From positions 3,992 to 67,991 of the forward strand of contig JAJCZM010000049.1 of assembly GCA_029262375.1 (NCBI GenBank): 64,000 bases of DNA, written 5' to 3'. This document shows positions 57,020-64,000 of this stretch, in pieces; positions within the stretch are counted from its first letter, which is position 1, and the number at the start of each line of letters is the position of its first letter. The DNA is from Deltaproteobacteria bacterium (GTDB taxonomy: Bacteria; Desulfobacterota; Binatia; UBA1149; SPBQ01). The translations under genes were made by a program, and so were the position numbers. Below the pieces are notes generated by a model, which was given only the letters and a program-made list of their open reading frames with translations, was not told the DNA's origin and ran no database searches.

Positions 57020-60000
57020 ATGTCTATTCGTGTCGCACTACACCACCGCACTACGTATCGATACGATCGTCCGGTCGGGCTCGCCGCTCAACTCGTCCGT
57101 CTCCGCCCTGCTCCACATTGCCGCACACCGATCCTCAGTTACTCGCTGACCGTTCACCCCGACGACCACTTCGTTAACTGGCAGCAGGATCCGCACGGCA
57201 ATTTCTTGGCCCGGCTGGTCTTTCCCGAGAAGGTAAACGAGCTGCAGCTAGAGGTAGACTTGATCGCCGAGATGACGGTGGTCAACCCGTTCGACTTTTT
57301 CGTCGAAGAGTCGGCCGAGCACTTTCCATTCCGCTACGAAGACTGGCTCGAGAAGGAGCTGGCACCGTTCCTCGAACCCGAGGCAACCGGTCCGCTCTTC
57401 ACCAAGTACCTGGCCGGCGTCGAGCGGGAAGCACCGAACACGGTGTTGTTCCTGGTCGCGCTAAACCAGCGACTCTCTGAAGACATCGACTATCTCGTCC
57501 GCCTGGAACCGGGCGTGCAGACCCCCGAAGAGACGTTGTCGCTCGGCTCGGGCTCATGCAGGGACACCGGATGGTTGCTCGTCCAGATCTTGCGCAACTT
57601 GGGCCTGGCCGCGCGGTTCGTTTCCGGCTACCTCGTTCAGCTCGTTGCCGACGTGAAGTCACTCGACGGACCGTCCGGAACCGAAGTCGATTTCACGGAC
57701 CTGCACGCGTGGTGCGAGGTTTACCTGCCTGGCGCGGGCTGGGTCGGATTGGATCCGACCTCCGGCCTGTTCGCGGGTGAGGGGCACATTCCGCTCGCCT
57801 GTACGCCCACCCCCACCAATGCCGCGCCTATAACCGGCGGTGTCGAGGACTGCGAGACCGAGTTCAGCTTCGAGACCACGGTCACTCGCATTCGGGAAGA
57901 CCCGCGAGTGACCAAGCCCTACACCGACAAACAGTGGGACGACATCGAGGCGCTCGGCGACCGCGTGGACCTCCGTCTGCAGGACAGCGACGTTCGTCTG
58001 ACGATGGGCGGGGAACCCACCTTCGTCTCTATCGACGACATGGAGGGCGAAGAATGGACGACGGCCGCCGTCGGTCCGCACAAGCGCAAGCTGTCGGCCG
58101 AGTTGTTGCTGCGTCTGTACGATCGCTTCGGCGCCGGCGGACTCCTGCACTACGGCCAGGGTAAATGGTATCCGGGCGAGCAACTGCCGCGTTGGGCGCT
58201 GACGGTATTGTGGCGCAAAGACGGAGAGCCGATCTGGAACGACCCTGCGCTGATCGCGGACGAGACGAAGGACTACGGATTCGGCCCGGATGACGCACAA
58301 TCACTACTCGAACGCACAGCAGAAATTCTCGGCGTATCCGACCAGTGGATCGTCCCGGCCTATGAAGATGTGTTCCACTACCTCTGGAAAGAACAGCGCC
58401 TGCCGGTAAACGTCGATCCGTTCGACTCAAAGCTCTCCGATCCTGAGGAACGTGCCCGGCTGGCTCAGACCTTCGACCGCGGCCTCGACACGCCCACCGG
58501 CTTCGTCATGCCGCTGCAGCGGCAATGGTGGCAAGCAAAGGACCGCCGTCGCGTATGGGCCAGCGGAGCGTGGCCGACACGCGGCGGACGCATGTTCTTG
58601 CTGCCCGGCGATTCTCCTTTGGGACTGCGTCTGCCGCTCGACACCCTCCCCTGGGTTGACGACGATGAGCGTCCGACCATCGTCGAAGCGGATCCGTCAC
58701 AGCCACGCCCGCCCTTGCCTTCATATTTGCCGAAGATTTCCGTTCCCCGGAGTCGCCCCGAGTCGCGCCAGCGTATCCACGAACAATCGCTCCCGGCTGC
58801 GCAGGGTTCGGACAAAGCGGGCGGAGCGGCCGCCCCCGGCCCGGGGACGGTTGCGGAAACATCGGCGCCACACGTTGCTCGCACCGCACTGAGTGTGGAA
58901 GCCCGCGACGGGCGCCTGTACGTGTTCATGCCGCCGGTGGAAACGCTCGAAGACTACTTGGAGCTGATCTCCGCAGTCGAACGAGCGGCATCGGAAACGA
59001 AAACGCCGGTCATCATAGAAGGCTACCTTCCTCCGACCGATCATCGGATCGATCTGATCAAGGTCACCCCCGATCCCGGCGTCATAGAAGTCAACGTCCA
59101 TCCGGCGAAATCCTGGCGAGAACTCGTCGACAACACGACGACGTTCTACGAAGAAGCACGCCAATGCCGCCTAGGCACGGAGAAATTCGACCTCGACGGT
59201 CAACATACCGGCACCGGCGGCGGCAACCACGTCGTACTCGGTGGCGCGACCCCCGAAGATAGTCCCTTTCTGCGACGTCCGGATCTGCTTCGGAGCATGC
59301 TCGGTTGTTGGATCAACCATCCGTCGCTCTCCTACCTGTTCAGCGGGCGATTCATCGGCCCCACCAGCCAAGCACCGCGCGTGGACGAAGGACGTCGCGA
59401 CGCACTGTACGAACTCGAGATTGCGTTCGAGCAAGTGGCGATGCCGCCCGAGATCTCACCGCCATGGCTCGTTGATCGAATCTTTCGAAATCTCCTCGTC
59501 GATCTCACGGGCAACACGCATCGGGCGGAGTTCTGTATCGACAAACTATACTCGCCCGATTCGGCAACGGGTCGACTGGGATTGCTCGAACTTCGTGCAC
59601 TCGAGATGCCGCCTCACGCTCGGATGAGCCTGACCCAGCAGCTGCTGATACGTGCAATGGTCGCCAAGTTCTGGGAACGACCGTGGCAGGGACGCCTGGT
59701 CGAGTGGGGAACGGCACTGCACGATCGCTTTCTTCTCCCCTACTTCGTATGGCGCGACTTCGCTGAGGTGTTGGACGAGCTCGGCGTCGATGGATTCGAA
59801 TTCGAGCGTGATTGGTTCGCCGCGCATTTCGAGTTCCGCTTTCCGCTCATCGGCGAGATCAATCGCAACGACATTCACATCGAGCTGCGCACCGCGATCG
59901 AGCCCTGGTACGTGCTCGGTGAGGAAGGCGACGCCGGTGGCACGGTCAGGTTCGTCGACTCGTCGCTGGAGCGCCTGCAGGTTCGCGCAACCGGACTCGT

Positions 60001-60376
60001 AGACCGACGCCATATCGTAACCTGCAATGGTCGGCGTGTTCCTCTCACTCCGACCGACACGCCCGGCGAATTCGTAGCCGGGGTACGCTATCGCGCGTGG
60101 CAGCCTCCGGCGTGCCTGCAGCCGACGATTCCGGTGCACACACCCCTCAAAATCGACCTGCTCGACACGTGGTCCGGACGTTCGATCGGCGGATGCACGT
60201 ATCACGTCTCCCACCCTGCCGGCCGCAACTACGAAACATTCCCCGTAAACGCTTTCGAAGCGGAAGCCCGACGCGCGGCCCGCTTCTTCGATACGGGACA
60301 TACGCCGGGCCCGATGGAAGTACCCACCGACGATCGCAATTCGGCGTTCCCGCTGACTCTCGACCTGCGGCGCTAG
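57020..60376 (+). CDS. Large transglutaminase-like protein with DUF2126-type C-terminal region
   Basis: The track ORF starts at 57002 (TTG). The ATG at 57020 gives MSIRVALHHRTTYRYDRPV, the usual family start. The transglutaminase core is GSGSCRDTGWLLVQILRNLGLAARFVSGY...DLHAWCEVYLPGAGWVGLDPTSG. Confidence 0.85.
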   Translation: MSIRVALHHRTTYRYDRPVGLAAQLVRLRPAPHCRTPILSYSLTVHPDDHFVNWQQDPHGNFLARLVFPEKVNELQLEVDLIAEMTVVNPFDFFVEESAEHFPFRYEDWLEKELAPFLEPEATGPLFTKYLAGVEREAPNTVLFLVALNQRLSEDIDYLVRLEPGVQTPEETLSLGSGSCRDTGWLLVQILRNLGLAARFVSGYLVQLVADVKSLDGPSGTEVDFTDLHAWCEVYLPGAGWVGLDPTSGLFAGEGHIPLACTPTPTNAAPITGGVEDCETEFSFETTVTRIREDPRVTKPYTDKQWDDIEALGDRVDLRLQDSDVRLTMGGEPTFVSIDDMEGEEWTTAAVGPHKRKLSAELLLRLYDRFGAGGLLHYGQGKWYPGEQLPRWALTVLWRKDGEPIWNDPALIADETKDYGFGPDDAQSLLERTAEILGVSDQWIVPAYEDVFHYLWKEQRLPVNVDPFDSKLSDPEERARLAQTFDRGLDTPTGFVMPLQRQWWQAKDRRRVWASGAWPTRGGRMFLLPGDSPLGLRLPLDTLPWVDDDERPTIVEADPSQPRPPLPSYLPKISVPRSRPESRQRIHEQSLPAAQGSDKAGGAAAPGPGTVAETSAPHVARTALSVEARDGRLYVFMPPVETLEDYLELISAVERAASETKTPVIIEGYLPPTDHRIDLIKVTPDPGVIEVNVHPAKSWRELVDNTTTFYEEARQCRLGTEKFDLDGQHTGTGGGNHVVLGGATPEDSPFLRRPDLLRSMLGCWINHPSLSYLFSGRFIGPTSQAPRVDEGRRDALYELEIAFEQVAMPPEISPPWLVDRIFRNLLVDLTGNTHRAEFCIDKLYSPDSATGRLGLLELRALEMPPHARMSLTQQLLIRAMVAKFWERPWQGRLVEWGTALHDRFLLPYFVWRDFAEVLDELGVDGFEFERDWFAAHFEFRFPLIGEINRNDIHIELRTAIEPWYVLGEEGDAGGTVRFVDSSLERLQVRATGLVDRRHIVTCNGRRVPLTPTDTPGEFVAGVRYRAWQPPACLQPTIPVHTPLKIDLLDTWSGRSIGGCTYHVSHPAGRNYETFPVNAFEAEARRAARFFDTGHTPGPMEVPTDDRNSAFPLTLDLRR

Positions 60377-60415
60377 CGGCCGCAGCGCCCGCGACGAGGA
60401 ACGCCGCAGCCTGCG

Positions 60416-61783
60416 TCATCCAGTCAGGCGAGGCAGCAAAGCAGTCGCCAAACTCAGAACGAGAAAGAATCCGAACATGTCGGTTACGGTGGTCAACACG
60501 GGGCCCGACGACACCGCGGGATCAAAGCCTAGGCGTTTGAGCAGCAGAGGGATGGTACCGCCGATCGATACGGCAACCAGCGTATTTACGCAGAGCGCGG
60601 TCGCGACGACCAGCCCCAGATAAACGTTCCCCTTCCATGCCCACGCAGCCGCTCCGAGTAGCAGGCCGAGCACGATGCCGTTGATCAGACCGACGGAGGC
60701 CTCCTGCCACCAGACGCGAAACGCATCGACCGGCTTGATCACGCCGAGCGTCAGTTCCCGCATCGTCACCGCTACTGCCTGATTGCCCGAGCAGCCGCTC
60801 ATGTCCGAGACGATAGGAAGGAATACCGCCAGTGCGATGACGCTGCTCAGTGTGTCCTCGAACGAGGCAATCACGCTGGCGGCGATGATGTTCAAGACGA
60901 TGTTCAACGACAGCCAAGCCAGTCGGCGCCCGGCGCGTGTAAACAACGGCATCGAACGGAGTTCCTCACCGCCGATGATGCCCTGCGACTTCAAGTGCTC
61001 TACGCTGGCCTTCTCGCTCAGCGCGTCGATGACGGCGTCGCGTCGCAGCACGCCGACCATCGCATTCCTGGAATCGACGACGGGAAGAGCCGGCAGGTCG
61101 GCAGCCTCGAATACATCGGTGAGTTCCGGCAGAGGAGTCTCTACCGAGATCGACTGCACCGGCTTCATCACGGCGCGCAACTTCGAACCTGGGACCGCCA
61201 GGACTACGTCGCGGAAACGCGCGACGCCGAGCAATCGCTTGAGGCGCGCGGTAACGACGTAGGTGTATTGCACGTTGTAAAGTGCGTAGTCGTTGCTGTG
61301 CCCCACCACCGCATCGAGCGCCTCTGCCACATCCGCGGACGGCGGCAACGACACGTATTCCGTCATCATCAAACCGCCGGCGGAGTTCGGCTCGTAGCTG
61401 ATGAGCTGTCGAGCCCGCTCGGCCTCATCAGGATCGAGGTACTCGAGGATGGCCTCGGCCTCGTCGGCCTCGAGCGCGGCGAGCACGTCGGCCTGCTCGT
61501 CGCTGGGCAACTCGGACACGATCGCTGCGGCTTCATCTGCGGGCAACCCATCGATGAGGTCGGCGGCCTGAAGGTCGGGGACCTCCTCGATGAGATAGGC
61601 CGCCGTCTCGGCCGGCAATTGGCGCAGCAGGCGTTCCCGCTCTTCGTGCGACAGGCGAGACAGGGCACGCAACAGTACGCTTGCGGGCAAGGAACCGACG
61701 TACGCGCCGAGGAGCTCGTCGTCGTCCGCCTCGAGTAGCTCGAGGATCGCCTCCCAGGCTGTCATTCGATTGGGCTCCGCCAT
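60416..61783 (-). CDS. mgtE: Magnesium transporter MgtE
   Basis: 455 aa with the acidic MgtE_N region, a CBS pair and a C-terminal 5-TM domain (DMSGCSGNQAVAV...). Confidence 0.9.
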   Translation of the reverse strand: MAEPNRMTAWEAILELLEADDDELLGAYVGSLPASVLLRALSRLSHEERERLLRQLPAETAAYLIEEVPDLQAADLIDGLPADEAAAIVSELPSDEQADVLAALEADEAEAILEYLDPDEAERARQLISYEPNSAGGLMMTEYVSLPPSADVAEALDAVVGHSNDYALYNVQYTYVVTARLKRLLGVARFRDVVLAVPGSKLRAVMKPVQSISVETPLPELTDVFEAADLPALPVVDSRNAMVGVLRRDAVIDALSEKASVEHLKSQGIIGGEELRSMPLFTRAGRRLAWLSLNIVLNIIAASVIASFEDTLSSVIALAVFLPIVSDMSGCSGNQAVAVTMRELTLGVIKPVDAFRVWWQEASVGLINGIVLGLLLGAAAWAWKGNVYLGLVVATALCVNTLVAVSIGGTIPLLLKRLGFDPAVSSGPVLTTVTDMFGFFLVLSLATALLPRLTG

Positions 61784-61858
61784 GGAGCTGACAGTGACCG
61801 TTTGTGAGGAGAATCGCAGCCGATGAACGCACCGCTCCCCGGTCGGGCAGCGACGGGG

Positions 61859-62896
61859 TTAGACGATCTCTACGTCGTCCAATACCGGATCGTCTTCCAG
61901 GTCTTGCTCAAGGTGCCCGAGGCGCCCCTCCGCCTTGTCGGCGTCGAAGACCTCAGCGACATGGAAAAGCGCGTCGCCTTGATTGACGATGGGAAGGTTC
62001 GTTCTGCCGATCACGATACCGGGGATGCTACTAAGCACGTCGGTACCGCCTTTGCCGAAGGGGTCGGAAATGACGCCCAACAGTTCGTTCTTGGCGACGA
62101 GATCTCCGAGCGTCTTGTGCGTACGCAGGATTCCGCCGCCTTCGGCGCGAATCCATTTCGTAGAGCGAGCCGACACCGGCGGCCTACTTCGCCCCTTCGG
62201 CGTGCGCTGCTTGAGCATCGACAACGAGCGCATCACCCCGATCACGCCGCGGACTCCTACGCGTATCGCCGTCTCGTCGAAGCGCAGCGCTTCACCGGCC
62301 TCGTAGAGCAGGGCCTCGACCCCCATCTCTCTGGCAGTCGCACGCAAGGAGCCGTCACGCAGCGTCGAATGCACGATCACGGGTGCCGAGAAGGCGCGCG
62401 CAAGCTCGCGGAATCCTTCCCGGTCGAGATCTCCGCGGATCTGCGGAAGGTTCGCGCGATGCACGGCCGCACTGTGAAGATCGATGCTGTAGTCCGCTTG
62501 GGTAAGGAGCTGCGTGACCAGGACATCGGCAAGTTGCGAAGCCAGTGCACCGTTCGGACTGCCCGGGAAACATCTGTTGAGATCTCGACGATCCGGCGTG
62601 TAGCGTGAATTCGAGATGAACCCGTACACGTTGACGATCGGGACCGCGACCAGTGTACCGGAGATCCCACGGATCGACTTCGAACCGAGAATCCTTCGGA
62701 TGATCTCGACACCGATGATCTCGTCGCCGTGGACCGCGGCAGTGACGAGCAAAGTGGGCCCTTCCTGCCTACCGTGGACCACGTAAACGGGAAGGTTCAT
62801 CGGCGTGTGGTTCGACAAGACGCTCAGCGGAATCTCAACGACACCGCGCTTACCCGCCGCTATTTCTGTATTCGCGATGACAAATGGCGGACGCAT
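61859..62896 (-). CDS. Succinylglutamate desuccinylase/aspartoacylase (AstE/AspA) family metallo-hydrolase
   Basis: The track ORF runs to 63001 and would overlap rimK by 100 nt. The ATG at 62896 (MRPPFVIANTEIAAGKRG) leaves a 4-nt gap. The zinc motif context is LLVTAAVHGDEIIGVEI. Confidence 0.8.
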   Translation of the reverse strand: MRPPFVIANTEIAAGKRGVVEIPLSVLSNHTPMNLPVYVVHGRQEGPTLLVTAAVHGDEIIGVEIIRRILGSKSIRGISGTLVAVPIVNVYGFISNSRYTPDRRDLNRCFPGSPNGALASQLADVLVTQLLTQADYSIDLHSAAVHRANLPQIRGDLDREGFRELARAFSAPVIVHSTLRDGSLRATAREMGVEALLYEAGEALRFDETAIRVGVRGVIGVMRSLSMLKQRTPKGRSRPPVSARSTKWIRAEGGGILRTHKTLGDLVAKNELLGVISDPFGKGGTDVLSSIPGIVIGRTNLPIVNQGDALFHVAEVFDADKAEGRLGHLEQDLEDDPVLDDVEIV

Positions 62897-62900
62897 TCGA

Positions 62901-63806
62901 TCAGCCACGCCCCTTCGTGCCCGTTCGATTCGGACCCGCGTTCTTCTCGATGAATTCGATGATGAGACTTGCGACGTCGATGCCGCTCGCTTCTTCGACA
63001 CCGCGCAGTCCGGGGGACGAGTTGACTTCCATCACGACGGGGCCGTGGTTCGAACGCAGCAGATCGACGCCCGCCACATTGAGTCCCATGATCTTCGCGG
63101 CACGAATCGCCACCGAACGTTCTTCGGGCGTGATCTTCACCGAGTGGGCGCTGCCGCCTCGGTGCAGATTGGAGCGAAACTCACCTTCCGGCCCTTGCCG
63201 CTTCATTGACGCGACGACCTTGCCGCCGACCACGAAACAACGGATGTCGGCGCCGCCCGCTTCCTTGACGTACTCCTGGACCAGGATGTTCGCCTTCAAT
63301 CCACTGAAGGCCTGGATCATCGATTTCGCAGCGGCGGTGGTCTCGCCAAGTACAACCCCCATACCTTGCGTGCCTTCGAGGAGCTTCATGACGACGGGAG
63401 CACCGCCTACCATCTCGAGCACATCGCTCGGCTCGCTCGTCGAGTGCGCGAACACCGTGTAGGGAAGCCCGACACCCTTGCGCGCGAGCAGTTGCAGGCT
63501 TCGCAGCTTGTCGCGCGATCGCGCGATCGCGACCGATTCATTGAGCGGGTAGACGTCCATCATTTCGAACTGGCGCAGTACGGCCGTCCCGAAGAATGTA
63601 ACCGACGCGCCGATTCGCGGAATGACGGCGTCGTAGCCCGTCAACTTCTCGCCCTTGTAACGCATCTCAGGCCGGTGGGCAGCGATGTTAATGTACACCT
63701 TCAGCGTGTTGATGATGTCGAGCGTATGACCGCGCTGGGTAGCCGCTTCCAGCAACCGCTGGTGGGAATACAGAGCCGGATTGCGTGCGAGCATTGCGAG
63801 CTTCAC
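62901..63806 (-). CDS. rimK: RimK-type ATP-grasp alpha-L-glutamate ligase
   Basis: 301 aa. Closely parallels E. coli RimK along its length (e.g. [53 protein letters not shown]). Start is GTG at 63806 or ATG at 63794. Confidence 0.9.
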   Translation of the reverse strand: MKLAMLARNPALYSHQRLLEAATQRGHTLDIINTLKVYINIAAHRPEMRYKGEKLTGYDAVIPRIGASVTFFGTAVLRQFEMMDVYPLNESVAIARSRDKLRSLQLLARKGVGLPYTVFAHSTSEPSDVLEMVGGAPVVMKLLEGTQGMGVVLGETTAAAKSMIQAFSGLKANILVQEYVKEAGGADIRCFVVGGKVVASMKRQGPEGEFRSNLHRGGSAHSVKITPEERSVAIRAAKIMGLNVAGVDLLRSNHGPVVMEVNSSPGLRGVEEASGIDVASLIIEFIEKNAGPNRTGTKGRG

Positions 63807-64000
63807 TCGGAAACCTCTACTTCTGATGAACTCGAGGGCTCGGCTGCAACCGTTCGACTGTTGCCGCGGAACGACGCACCCGGATCAACCAGCGCGCGTC
63901 TGCGCAGCGCCTCGCGCCCGAGCAACATCCGAAACCCCATCTCGTCTCTATTAGTCAACGTTACCTCGATCGGCCAGCTATGGCCGAGAATTTCTACATC
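63803..64000 (-). CDS. C-terminal part of a DUF785 / retropepsin-like putative zinc protease (RimB-like); gene runs off the right edge
   Basis: Manual reverse translation gives ...[75 protein letters not shown]...VDP is typical of the family. Its stop overlaps the rimK start (GTGA). Confidence 0.65.
   Translation of the reverse strand, partial: DVEILGHSWPIEVTLTNRDEMGFRMLLGREALRRRALVDPGASFRGNSRTVAAEPSSSSEVEVSE

Noticed and set aside
62897-63001. ATG at 63001 as the start of the AstE-like gene (100-nt overlap with rimK)
   Set aside because: The extra 35 residues are Ser/Arg-rich and off-frame-looking. The ATG at 62896 gives a typical family N-terminus and a 4-nt intergenic gap.

Overview
GC-rich bacterial chromosomal window. 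The protein families have a Myxococcota or deltaproteobacterial flavour, but that is inference only. No G+C percentage, alignment or database search was computed; all calls come from reading the sequence and the ORF track.

(1) 1-15.6 kb is a conserved housekeeping block. On the minus strand: pyrH (partial)-tsf-rpsB, rho, rluD, ribF and a complete Tol-Pal cluster (tolQ-tolR-tolA-like-tolB-pal-cpoB). On the plus strand: gap-pgk-tpiA-secG-tRNA-Leu(GAG). Several of these proteins carry unusual low-complexity extensions.

(2) Directly 3' of the tRNA, about 37 kb of accessory DNA begins. The last 24 nt of tRNA-Leu recur three more times in direct orientation, at 27282, 28716 and 31991. These copies delimit tandem island-like or cassette-like segments that share conserved left and right ends. 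I can recognise no integrase, transposase or reverse transcriptase anywhere in the window.

Cargo of this region:
- a six-gene minus-strand set: XRE-XRE-lipoprotein-metzincin with dockerin-like tail-possible cohesin-like protein-DsbA-like protein
- FtsX-type ABC permease translationally coupled to a KAS III enzyme
- a single-gene beta-helix cassette bracketed by GACGGACAAT motifs
- a class III nucleotide cyclase
- three type II toxin-antitoxin pairs plus a higA remnant
- a ~1200-aa modular Cys-repeat protein with a dockerin tail
- a bacterial CLCA-like metalloprotease-VWA protein
- several Cys-rich secreted proteins

(3) 48-52 kb holds small-metabolism genes: PPOX-like, Zn-ADH, LysR and a methyltransferase.

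(4) 52.4-64 kb holds two adjacent ATP-grasp peptide-ligase gene sets. One is circularly permuted ATP-grasp/alpha-E/transglutaminase plus a DUF2126-type giant. The other is DUF785 protease-RimK-AstE-like-MgtE.

No rRNA or CRISPR array was seen.
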